Program-made: the position numbers and the translations under genes
Part shown: in pieces, positions 1-11,974 of the stretch
Layout of the letters: every line of letters begins with the position of its first letter
How positions within the stretch are numbered: the first letter of the stretch is position 1
Notes under the pieces: generated by a model
What the model saw: the letters and a program-made list of their open reading frames with translations, nothing else
Told to the model about the DNA's origin: nothing
Databases searched by the model: none
Assembly (NCBI RefSeq): GCF_006345805.1
Contig: NC_043008.1
Coordinates: forward strand, 64,294,001-64,358,000
Source of the DNA: Octopus sinensis
Taxonomy: Eukaryota
Direction: 5' to 3'
DNA: 64,000 nucleotides

Positions 1-1252
1 CATCCTCTTACACCCAGACCACCATTGAATGCTTTTCAGCAATACTGACTGGGCAAAGGATACAGTGCTTAGCTTAAAATTGACCAAGCTTTCAAATTTC
101 TTTTGATTATCAATGAGTTGTAAAGATGGTAAGAATCTGAATTTGATTGAAAATTCTTAAGAATAGAAACACTGTGTTAAGGATCAATTACATTGAGTAA
201 TTGTTTGAGCTTTAGATTCTTAGAAAGAAAGAAATGAGGGGAAAGAAGAAAGTAGATACTTAAAAATACTTATATCATCACACACACCACCTCCACCAAT
301 TCCTGTAACAACTTTACGATTTTTCATTTTTTCATTTTTTATTTTTTTCAAAACAGACTGTGGAAATTAATGTTTACAATATTTACAATATCAGAGTCTT
401 ATTGTGTGCAGAAATAAAATTTTCAAAGTAAAAAACACGAAAAAAATTGCTTTTCCTGCTCCTTTCCATTGACAATATACATCACACTTCACTACTTCTG
501 CCGTTTACAATAAGCAGTGGAAATTATTGGAACGAAGTGTTATTCATACATAATCCCCTTCACAGTTAAACAGTTATGACAACAACCATCATTTCTGAAT
601 TTCTGACTCCCAAAATACTGTGACACAGTAATTGTTATTCCAGTGTCAATAACTGCTACAGAAGACAGTTATAAAATTGTAAAAAAAACTGTTACCATCA
701 TAAACCGACGCACATACACTCCATCCTTCCCTCCTCTCTCTCTCTCACTAACTATTTCTAGAAAGTGATGGGGGAAGGATATAATTTTAAGACAAAAGAG
801 TAAAATTTCCCGATAGGAATATAGAAATATCGAAAAGCTCAATTTAAAACATTGCCAGTTTATATGTCAAGATGAGTGTTATGAATACTTTCCCTGTGAG
901 ATGCCGAATAAAACTATAAATGCTTTTTCAAGCATTCGTTTTGTAGTTCCTGAATAAACTATGCATACACATATATACAAATATATGTATATATATATAT
1001 ATATATATATACAAATAACTTGCATTTTTACAAGTACACAAACACCAATGTACTTATATATTGTAAAGGTGACAAAAAATACAAAACAAAGACATGATAA
1101 AAAGATAAGCTAAGAGTTAGTATCAGTTTGCAACTGAGGAAATGGAAGCGGGGAGAAAGAAATGTCTTCAATGTTTTCTGAAAGGTAGACCAGAGATGAA
1201 GGGAATAGAGTAGAGAATGGAATATATAATATAATATTATATTCTTTTATTC

Positions 1253-1630
1253 TTTTACTTGTTTCAGTCATTTGACTGTGGCCATGTTGGAGCACTGCCT
1301 TTAGTCGAGTAAATCGACCCCAGGACTTATTCTCTGTAAGCCTAGTACTTCGTCTATTGGTCTCTTTTGCTGAACCACTACGTTACAGGGATGTAAACAC
1401 ATCAGCATCAGTTGTCAAGTGATGTTGGGGGGGGGGACTAACACAGACACACAAACATATACATACACATACATATATACAACAGGCTTCTTTCAGTTTC
1501 TGTCTGCCAAATCCACTCACAAGGCTTTGGTCAGCTTGAGGCTATAACAGAAGACACTTGCCCAAGGGACTGAACCTGGAACCATGTGGTTGGTAAGCAA
1601 GCTACTTACCACATAGCCACTCCTACACCT
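1253..1630 (-). mobile_element. tRNA-derived SINE, family A (dominant octopus-type SINE)
   Basis: Minus strand: tRNA-like head with A/B-box-like motifs (GGAGTGGCTATGTGGTAAG...GGTTCAGTCCC), internal CA/TA microsatellite, tail ...GTGCTCCAACATGGCCACAGTCAAATGACTGAAACAAGTAAAAG; near-identical to many other copies in the window. Confidence 0.9.
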
Positions 1631-2549
1631 AATAAGGGTTTTTAAACACAAAGTCTTTATAGAGCAATTGGTAGACCATCATGCTGTCATGAGAAACAGT
1701 TGCTGAGAATCAATCACTTAATCCAACCAAAATATCTAAATTCAGTATTCAAGGTATAAATGTAAATGACTGTTTTTATTGCAGTTAGTTGGTTACCAAC
1801 ACTTCAGCTGCTGTATATACCATATTGCACCTGATTTAGAAGGTGCCATGCAGTGGGACTGAACCTGGAACCATGTGGTTGGTAAGCAAGCTACTTACCA
1901 CACAGTCGCTCCTGCGCCTATATATACATATATATTTATGCACACTAAATATTTTTTATGGGATATACCCAAATATCTTAGTACTACTGTATTCATAAAG
2001 AAACATAAGTTTGGCATGACCATCTGTCTTGATTGACAAAATTAAAATTTTACCATCAATAGTAAAAGAATGACTAAATGAAGGATGCCATTTCAACCAT
2101 TCTTATAGCTTCATTACCAATGGTTCATCCTACATTTTACTACCCCTGTTAAACAGTACTTATGGCTGTGGCTGTTATATTTATCACCACAAATCAAGAA
2201 GGCTGATTTGTATATTTTACATAGGGTCAGCTGTTAGTTTTGTAACTTAAAATACTGACAGATGAGCAGTGTTTATTTTTCATGATAAATTTTTATGATT
2301 TAGTTAGAAGTGGGTATAAAATAAGCTTCATAGTGGAAATAACAAGCAGGGTAATTAATCATTGATGAAACAATAAGAACATTTAAAATGACATCATCCA
2401 TTTGATTCTGCTTTACTGTCCATAATGAAATTGCATAAACAAGACAGTTGTTTATGTCTATCTTATATATATATCTAATAAATTTATGAGTACAGTAATA
2501 GATAAAATCTAAGGGTATACCCCATAGTAATTTTAAGTATGAAAAATCA

Positions 2550-2920
2550 GCAATGCTGACAATGATCTAAATTTGGCCAAGGAAGGTAATCTGATCCAAC
2601 ATGGGCATTAAAATCTCCTAAATGAAAATTTTTCTCTTGATTGGGAATTTGGTTCAATAATAATATTCATAAATCAGAATAGAAGTAATCTTTTGCTGCA
2701 TCTGTAAAACCATGTGTTGGATACATATGCACTTACTATTGTAGCTGATTTTTCTAGGGCAATTAGGATTCAGAGTAGCATAAGACGATCATTAATTCCA
2801 TTTGGTAAGGATTCTAGTTTATGTACAGAATCATTACTAATAGTGAAACACACACCACATTCCCATTTTCTGCCTCAGATCTACCAATCCAGAAGAAAGT
2901 ATACCATCCAACTACTTTAT
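2550..2920 (-). pseudogene. RTE (BovB-like) LINE apurinic endonuclease fragment
   Basis: Minus-strand translation across stops/frameshifts gives GWYTFFWIGRSEAE...LESLPNGINDRLM...TIVSAY...DYFYSDL*...LGDFNAHVGSD, the conserved APE motifs of RTE-clade ORFs. Confidence 0.85.
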
Positions 2921-3139
2921 TCATATACACACATATATACATACATAAACACATATAACTATACACACCCATGCACATATTATGTATATAGAGAGAAAGG
3001 AGTGAGAGAATTGTATACATCCATAGAGGTAAAATTTATTGCAGTGATTAGAGGGTTCAATGATTCACATTCACCAATAATTTCATCCTGAAATAGTAAT
3101 CACTGGACTAGTGAAGACTTGGAAAATATGTGTTGTATT

Positions 3140-3470
3140 TATAGGTTGTGGTTTTGCTTGGAAGTGTCTACATTCTGTGTTGCTTCCCAACCTCATGGTT
3201 CCAGGTTCAATCCCATTGCATGGCATATTAGGCACGTATCTTCTACTATAGCCTCAGTCTGAACAAAGCTTTGTGCGTAGAGTTGGTAGGTAGAAACTGA
3301 AAGAAACCCATCATATATATGTATATATGTATATATGTATATGTAAGTATCCATCTGTGTGTGTCCTTGTGTTTGTGTTTGTCCCCCACCACTTGAAAAC
3401 CACTGTTGGTTTGTTTACTTCCCTAACGATTTAGTGGGTTGGTAAATGTCTCTGATAGATTAAGTACTAC
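3140..3470 (+). mobile_element. SINE family A, diverged copy
   Basis: Head GGTTGTGGTT...GGTTCAATCCC, body GAAACTGAAAGAAACC, microsatellite, partial tail. Confidence 0.75.
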
Positions 3471-3479
3471 TTTTAAAGG

Positions 3480-4726
3480 AAAGAAAAAGATCAATAAATA
3501 CTTGCCATTACATTTTTAATTAACCAAATACAAACCATTTTGTTGCACAATGTGTCTCCATCTTTCCTTTAACTTGAAAATACCCTCTTCCCAGAATTGA
3601 GGTGGTTTCATGGCAATGAATTCATCAAGGTATCTTTTTACGTCATCCAAGGAACTGAAATTTTTACCATTAAGACTATTCTGCAGAGACCTGAATAAGT
3701 GGAAATCTGAAGGAGCAATATCTGGTGAATATGGAGGGTGGGGTAACATATACCATCCGAGCTGCAGCAATTTTTGTCTGGTTCCCAAAGAAACATGCTG
3801 TCATGCATTATCAAGTTGGAAAACAACACTCTTCCTGTTGGCCAATTCTGAACATTTCTCTTGAATTGCTGCTTTTAACTCATCCAGGTGTGTGCAGTAT
3901 TTCTCAGAATTAATTGTCTGGTTACTTGGGAGAATGTCATAGAACAGAATTGCTTTCCAATCCCACGAGACACAAAACAAGACCTTTATAGGGTGAAGAC
4001 CTACTTTTGGGGTGGCTAATAGTGGCTCATATCGCTTACTCCAGGATCGCTTTCTCTAAATATTTCGGTAGATAATCCATTTCTCATCACCTGTTACAAT
4101 TCGCTTTAAAAAAGGTGCATTTTCATTCCGTTTATAAAGCAAATCACATATGGAAATTTGATCCAAAAGGTTCTTCTCACTCAACTCATGTGTTACCCAA
4201 GCATCGTAGTAATTTGTGTACCCAAGCTTTACCAGGTGCTCATGAACAATGGATTTTGATAGGTTGAGGCTTTCTGCCAATCCTCAGGTTGTGCAATGTG
4301 GGTTATTCTTAATTAATGACTTGATTTGGTTATCATCTGTAGTAGATGGTCTGCTGATCACTCTTTATCAATAAGGCTACAATCTCCAGCTCGGAACCTT
4401 GCGAACCACTTCCGTACAGTTCTTTTGGATAAAGAAACATCACCATATACTGCGCATATTTCTTTGGTTGCTTGTGAGGCATTTTTTCGCTTTACGGAAA
4501 AAGAAAAACATCAAGTACCGAAAATGAACTTTCTTATCTTCCATTTTAAAGGGTTACAGAATTTACACACGTTATAGGAACATAATCCTTCTTCCACGAA
4601 AAAATAGCTTAAACTGTGCTCTAAATGGAGGTGTAGTCAAATCTTATTTTATGGACTTGACCATGTTCTAAAATAAGTAGAAACATAAGCTACTATAAAT
4701 CAGCACGAACTTTCTGGAGAACCCAA
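3480..4726 (-). mobile_element. Mariner DNA transposon (Mos1/mauritiana-like), decayed; 5' TIR present, 3' TIR missing
   Basis: TIR reverse complement at about 4697-4726 followed by TA. Pseudo-ORF 4544->3516: MEDKKVHF...TVRKWFARFRAG...IVTGDEKWI...FQLDNA...HPPYSPDIAPSDFHLFRSLQNSL (D,D34D type) with several stops/frameshifts. Confidence 0.93.
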
Positions 4727-5143
4727 TACATATATATGTATCTATATATGCACACATATATATACATATTCATAATATATATGTGTGTGTGTATACATGT
4801 ATATATGTGAGATAATAGTTTCAGTATTAATAGTAAGGTTATATAATAGTGAAAGTAGTATCTCACATTACAATAGAGATGTTATTGTTTCACTTTTGGT
4901 ATGTAATACAGAAATAGTGTACAAGAGAAGATATTGCTCTGGGCTTGCATTAGGCAAGAAGATATAAATTTTTTGGCCCAAAACACTGCATGGACTGTGT
5001 GTAAAATTTGAAGGAAATTTGTTGTTTAGTTCTCGACTTTTAGTGAATCACACATACAGACAGAGAGAGAGAGAGAGACAAGCACAAAAATTCTCAGCTT
5101 CATATATATATAATATATATATATATAATATATATATATATAT

Positions 5144-5186
<43 letters not shown>

Positions 5187-6225
5187 GATGCATACTAACA
5201 TACATATATACATACATACAATCATACATACATAATAATTACATACATACATAAATACATACATACATATATACATACATGCATAAACAGATGAAAATAA
5301 AAACTTACTGTCTACTTTCATTTCCACCCTGGGCTGGGCTGCTGGACTATTCATCATTGATACAAATCATACATATATATATAAATGTGCATTTTTGTAT
5401 ATTTGTATGTATGCAATATATAGTCATACCACCCACACACTCACACACACACACATATATCCATATACTTATACACATGCACATACATATATGTTATGTT
5501 GTTTCCATGATGACGCTTTGTGTTTGTTGGGTGTGTTGCAGACAAATTAATTATTGTTGTTGTTTTTTCTTGTTATCATTTTATCATTTCTTGCAGGCAT
5601 TTAATCATTGCATTTTTTTTTGTTTTTTGTTTTTTGTTTTTTTTTTCTTCTTTGCAGACAACTAATTATTTTCAGCAGATAATCATTTATCATTTATTCA
5701 TTTAACAGACAGTTATTGCAGTCATTGGTTTGTTAAATGCTGCAGTTATTAGAAAACCAATTCCAGCTTTCACTTCACTACATATAACTATTACTGCTCA
5801 GGTGGTGACAGCAACAAAAGGGCAAATAATTCATTATATTACTGCCCACTATGAACTTCTCTGTATTATTATTAAAGCACTTCTGGGATCAGCCGTAAAA
5901 AAGGAATGAGAATTTGAAATCCTATCTTGCAACAGGTTTTTTGTGTGGTGGTCAGCTGTTAATAAATTCTTGACATTAATCAATTTTGTAAACAACTGAC
6001 AATTGCTGTCAGGGTCACCCTTCTAACAGGAAACTCAGAATATTGTTCTGTGTGACTAAAGTTACACACATGCATGCAGACACACAGAGATACATGGATA
6101 TGTATATAATTATATGCATATGAATATATATAAGTGACATTAAATGATGATGATGATGATGTTGATATACAACACTATATATTTATATATGTATATATAT
6201 ATATATATATCTATATATATATATA

Positions 6226-6765
6226 TTCCTTCTTGTGACACTTGTGAAGACCTGTTGAGGCAAGTGAAAATCAAATCAAAACAAATCAAAATAGATGAAC
6301 ATCAATGGAATTTGTATCTTTGTGGTACCAGTGCCGGTGGCACACAAGAAAATCATCCGAACGTGGCCGTAGCCAGTACCGCATAGACTGGCCTCCGTGC
6401 TTTGGGGACGTAACAAACACCATCCGATCGTGGCCGTCCGCCAGCCTCATCTGGCACCTGTGTCGGTGGCACATAAAAACACCATCCGAGCGTGGCCGTC
6501 TGCCAGCCTCGTCTGGCACCTGTGTCGGTGGCACATAAAAACACCATCCGAGCGTGGCCGTTCGCCAGCCTCGTCTGGCACCTGTGTCGGTGGCACATAA
6601 AATCACCCACTACACTCTCGGAGTGGTTGGCGTTAGGAAGGGCATCCAGCTGTAGAAACACTGCCAGATCTGACTGGCCTGGTGCAGCCTTCGGGCTCCC
6701 CAGACCCCAGTTGAACCGTCCAACCCATGCTAGCATGGAAAACGGACGCTAAATGATGATGATGT
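6226..6765 (+). mobile_element. 5'-truncated RTE LINE 3' UTR with three 62-bp tandem units and (GAT)n tail
   Basis: Homologous to the region downstream of the RTE ORF stop at 62842 (minus); units start at 6421, 6483, 6545; ends CCATGCTAGCATGGAAAACGGACGCTAAATGATGATG. Confidence 0.85.
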
Positions 6766-6786
6766 ATATGTGTATATGTGTATATG

Positions 6787-6819
<33 letters not shown>

Positions 6820-7067
6820 CATTTATTCATTCTGAAGACATTTATTGCAGTCATTGGTTTGTTAAATGCTGAAGTTATTACAAGATCAATTCCAGCTTCA
6901 TTTCACAACATATAGCTTTTTTTTTATACATGTGTGTGTGTGTGGTGTATCATCAGTTTTTTGGAAACTGGTATATAGGCTGGCATCAGGAAGTGTATGT
7001 GACTAGAGAAAAACTGCCTGATTTTACTCTTATTTAATCCTTGCAAGCATAGAGAAGTAAATTATTT

Positions 7068-7280
7068 TCGACTCTAGGCACAAGGCCTGAAATTTTGGGG
7101 GAGGGGGCCAGTCGATTAGATCGACCACAGTATGGAACTGGTACTTAATTTATTGACCCCGAAAGGATGAAAGGCAAGGTCAATCTCAGTGGAATTTGAA
7201 CCCAGAATATAAAGACAGGCGAAATACGGGTAAACATTTCAACCAGCATGCTAACATCTCTGCTAGCTCGCCACATTGCA
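7068..7280 (-). mobile_element. SINE family B (tail type a)
   Basis: Contains TTGCCTTTCATCCTTTCGGGGTCAATAAATTAAGTACCAG core shared with copies at 37745, 42440, 46850, 61015; tail GGCCTTGTGCCTAGAG. Confidence 0.85.
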
Positions 7281-7330
7281 TAGATAAGTAAATTATTAAA
7301 ATACATATATATATCTATATAAATAATTGA

Positions 7331-7544
7331 GTAGTTGAATGAATTACCTTATTATGGATAATTCGGTTAACCGATACCTGGGTAGCAAATTCACGTCAGA
7401 AAAAACACGGTTGAAGCTACATGCCTAGGGCAGAGATCACGCGCTATCGTGTGGAAATTTGTGTTTTTTTGAATACAAATAAATGAAAGAATGGAGTTGA
7501 ACGATTTGTTAAATCGTCGTTCAACTCCATTCTTTCATTTATTT
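7331..7544 (+). mobile_element. Penelope-pLTR-like repeat with fold-back 3' end
   Basis: 7331-7463 is the reverse complement of about 14260-14393; ends in a perfect 28-bp inverted repeat (7477-7504 / 7517-7544). Confidence 0.65.
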
Positions 7545-7616
7545 ATATATCTATCATCATCATCATCATCATCATCATTTAGCGTCCGTTTTCCATGCTA
7601 GCATGGGTTGGACACC

Positions 7617-7680
<64 letters not shown>

Positions 7681-7685
<5 letters not shown>

Positions 7686-7936
7686 AAAATTCTATAATTA
7701 TAAGCATGATTATAATTAGGTTAAGCAAAAATTGCTTCATCAGATACCGAAATTTAGAAATAGCAGTTAAATACTATTCCACTACCATAAGATATCTCCC
7801 ACAGCAATACTCTCAACTCACGCAGGTAAAGAGAAAAAATAATGAATCCACCCGGCTTTGATTAACTGTATGTGGTGAAGCAATTTTTGCTGAACCCTAA
7901 TTATAATTATGCTTATAATTATAGAATTTTTGTATA
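7681..7936. mobile_element. Short element with about 65-bp terminal inverted repeats (MITE or inverted PLE terminus)
   Basis: Left arm ATACAAAAATTCTATAATTATAAGCATG...TTGCTTCATCAGATA matches the reverse complement of 7869-7936 with few mismatches. Confidence 0.75.
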
Positions 7937-8036
7937 AGGTTACCCATAATGGTTCTTTTAACATACCAAACTACTTGGTAAAATTATTAATTATTAATTG
8001 ATTAATTAATTTTACCCTTTATTATTATTGATTATA

Positions 8037-8081
<45 letters not shown>

Positions 8082-8329
8082 TTGTAGGTACATGCATATG
8101 CATATAGATGACCTATTCAGGTAGAGTTCAGAGGTGTTTTAGTATGCCCTTGCAAATCTGTAGCAATGTAATTATTTGAAAATCTAGATTTTGACATAGT
8201 TACTTGTTATTCAATGTTCTAGATACAAGATAGCTTAATGCACACACACATATACTCATACACATACATATACGCACATACATTTATGTTCATATATATG
8301 TATGTAAGTATGTATATACATATATAATT

Positions 8330-8530
8330 AAGCCAAACATGAAAGCACAAAAAAACAACAACGCGAGGACGTGGAACAAATAGAGTATTATTGGACGCTC
8401 AGGAAAGAAGGCAAGAAGTAGGGCTCAATGTTTCGAGCATAGCTCTTCGTCGGAAACATAGGAGAAGGAAAGATCCAGAGAAGGGAAGACAGAGGAAAAA
8501 AATCGCCAACGGTACACACGCGTTGCATAT
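8330..8530 (-). mobile_element. Penelope-pLTR-like repeat with degenerate hammerhead-like motif
   Basis: Minus strand CCGACGA-AGAGC-TAT-GCTC-GAAAC at 8429-8455; a partial copy of the same repeat (CCACGTCCTCACG) lies at about 18097-18165 in opposite orientation. Confidence 0.5.
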
Positions 8531-8546
8531 ATATATATATATATAT

Positions 8547-8705
8547 GGTTGGCGTTAGGAAGGGCATTCAGCTGTAGAAACATTGCCAGATAAGACTGGA
8601 GCCTGGTGCAGCCTTCTGGCTTCCCAGATCCCCGGTCGAACCGTCCAACCCATGCTAGCATGGAGAACGGACGTTAAACGATGATGATGATGACGATGAT
8701 GATGA
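8547..8705 (+). mobile_element. RTE LINE 3' end fragment
   Basis: GGTTGGCGTTAGGAAGGGCATTCAGCTGTAGAAAC...CCATGCTAGCATGG...(GAT)n. Confidence 0.85.
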
Positions 8706-9289
8706 TATATATATATGTATGGAAAGAAAGAGAGAAATAGAGAAAGAGAGAGAGAGCTTCATGCAGTCTTCCATCTTGCCAGCTCCTGTCAAACCATCCA
8801 AACCATGCCATTGTGGAAATAGAATGTTAAATGATAAAGAAGATGATGATGATATAAATACATGTTTACATTTACACACATGCACACATATATAGATAAA
8901 TTCATGTATATGTTCACACATGCACACACACACACACACGCCCCCCCCCACACACACACACACATTTATGCATGTGTATACAGTTTCTTGCTTGTATATC
9001 TGTTTCCATCTTATTCTTTCAAAGCATCATTTATTTAGAAATGTTTGCTGAAGATATAACTTAAAAATAAGATATGTTACTTATTTTAGATGACTAAAAA
9101 ACTGCTAAAATCATATAAGCAGGTTTTCAGGAAGACCATTTCTCATTTGGTAACAGACTATTAATAATAAAACCATGGTGAATATATCATCATTTTAACA
9201 CATCACCTGAGAATTTTTCTCCTTTTCTCTTAAATTCAAATTGCTAAAAACATAAAAAAGAAAAGAGCTAATATGTACATACATATACA

Positions 9290-9329
<40 letters not shown>

Positions 9330-9916
9330 TACATAAAAAACACTTAATATACACATTAATGACCTGATGGGCCATCGTATTTCATTATGCAACCATAATA
9401 TACAACAAAGTATATTACATTTTTATATGTCAATACAGTCTTAGTGTGTTAGCAGTGCTCTTAGATGTATATATATATATGTATGTATATGTGTGTATAT
9501 ATATATATATGTATGTATATGTGTGTGTATATATATATATGTATATATATATATTATATAATATATATATATATACATACATACATGCATGTACATATAT
9601 GTTTCTCTATAGATTTTCTTTACAAAACAAAGCCAGCACTGATTTTGTGATGATGTTTCATATCCAAGAGGCCTGATGTCAACAATAATGGGATCAAAAT
9701 TGGAAATTGGATAATGGCCATATATGCCATACTTCGGGAGTTTGGGCTCCTTCATCAGCACACATCCAATGTCCATTACCTATTTCCATCTATCTCATTG
9801 TTTATATCAAGCATCTCAAATATGAAACATCATAACAAAATCAGTGGTGGCTATAATTTAAATGGAAAATTTGTTGAGATAACCATAACAAGTAATACTC
9901 TTTTACTCTTTACTCT

Positions 9917-10308
9917 TTTACTCGCTTAGATCATTTGACTGCGGCCATGCTAGAGCACTACCTTTAGTCAAGCAAATCGACCCCAGGACTTATTCTTTGT
10001 AAGCCTAGTACTTATTCTATTGGTCATTTTTGGCGAAATGCTAAGTTACGGGTTTGTAAACACACCAGCATCGGTTGTCAAGCGATGTTGGGGGGACAAA
10101 CACATACACACCCACATACATATATATATATATATGCATATATATGATAGGCTTCTTTCAGTTTCCGTCTACCAAATCTACTCACAAGGCTTTCGTCAGC
10201 CCGAGGCTATAGTAGAAGACACTTGCCCAAGATTCCATGCAGTGGGACTGAACCTGAAACCATGTGGTTGGGAAGCAAGCTACTTACCACACAGCCACTC
10301 CTCAGCCT
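9917..10308 (-). mobile_element. SINE family A, full length
   Basis: Same head/body/tail as other copies. Confidence 0.9.
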
Positions 10309-11362
10309 ATATATATAATGAGTTACAAGCATGCATGTATGTTTACTTATATGATTATCATTCACAGTCAGGATTTTATGTCCCATGCAAGCATGGGATT
10401 AAAATATCATATCTCTCATCATGGTTCACATCATTTTGCATACACAGCCACAGATAAAACTGACAGGTGCATTTTATCTTTAGTGAGGTGAGAAGATTAC
10501 GGATTTCCTTGCTGCATTCTTAGCGAGAGTTACTGGTCTCCTAGATAGGTAGCATGTACAGCACCAGCTTACTGATACCATACTCTGCTTGTATATGAAA
10601 TTTTTGTCATGATTTCTATGACTGGATGTCTTTTCTATTATTAATCACTTCATAATGTATAATAGATGCATTTATTGTGCCTCAAGTATTACAGTGGTGA
10701 CCCTACATGAAAAGAAACAATGTCTTGTTTCTAGTTTGTAACAGCTCTTATTCAGAGTTAAGCTCTGCCCAAATGGGTAAACTGTAATGAATTTGATGGT
10801 CATGTCTCTCTTGTACAGTTTGCTATGTTTCCTACAACCTGATACTCTTCCTGTACCCCAAAATTTTATAAAGTATGCTGGATCTATTTTCCCATACTGT
10901 AGGCTCTATAAACTTTGACCTCTGTTAGTGATAGGGTACAATAGATTCAAATATTAGTTCTTATTCAGAATTACTTCTGAAAGACCCTGAATGAAGGTGA
11001 ACAACAGATTAAGCTGGGTTGCATGCACAACTGCACATATTCTGTGCAACAAGGAAAGGATTTATGACCAACTATAAAATTGAAGAAAAATTTGAGGATG
11101 TATGAAGTATCAGTATTCTTTGTAATTGTTTGAAATCAACATTTCTGTCAATATTCAGAAGTCAGAAAAGTGAACCCAGGGTTACCCATCGGAAGAATTA
11201 CAGTGGATTTGCTCATAAGCAATAGTTGATGTTTATTACAACTTGATGCAGTTAGCCATAACCTGGAATATACCTGAGAGCTGTTATGGTACTGCTCTCT
11301 GAAATTGATCCCTATATACTCACCTTCAATATATATATCATATATATATATATACATTATAT

Positions 11363-11414
<52 letters not shown>

Positions 11415-11503
11415 GGACAACAAAAGAATGAATGAGACCCTGATATTATGTAAATAGAAGAATTTATCTATAATATAATATGAGTCAATTTGTCAGTTGC
11501 CAT

Positions 11504-11564
11504 AATAAAACTCAGAGTTTCGGATGACGGGGTGGAAGTCTGCTCCGGCAACTCGTCAGTTATT
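11504..11564 (-). ncRNA. Type I hammerhead ribozyme motif (intact catalytic core, weak stem II)
   Basis: Minus strand: AATAA-CTGACGA-G[29 nt]C-GAAA-CTCTGAG-T-T-TTATT: 5-bp stem I, CUGANGA and GAAA boxes, palindromic stem III (ACTC-T-GAGT), GUU triplet. Confidence 0.6.
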
Positions 11565-11752
11565 AAGACAAACAAAACTGCTATGAAAATGACTGTTAAA
11601 TTAAGGGAAATTACACTGAAGATGACCGTTATTAAGACAAACAAAAGAGCTATAAGATTGAGCAGTAACTAAAGGGAAATTACCCGAATAGGGAGAAAGT
11701 AAAAATTGTCATAGAATCCACATCTGCGTGCATGTACATACATACACAAGCA

Positions 11753-11783
<31 letters not shown>

Positions 11784-11902
11784 TTTTATATATATATATA
11801 TGCACATTTACATATGTGTGAATGCACCTGTATGTATATTTGTCAAGTTACATATATATATATGTAAATGTTATCTGTCTATCTATCTATCTATCCATCT
11901 AT

Positions 11903-11974
<72 letters not shown>

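Noticed and set aside
520-665. Possible minus-strand exon encoding AVIDTGI (subtilase-like motif)
   Set aside because: The downstream residues do not continue the S8 pattern, the frame closes after about 38 codons, and there is no donor site or partner exon.
6350-6605. CRISPR-like array of GC-rich palindromic repeats
   Set aside because: The units are contiguous with no unique spacers, there are no cas genes, the context is eukaryotic, and the array is part of an RTE 3' UTR.
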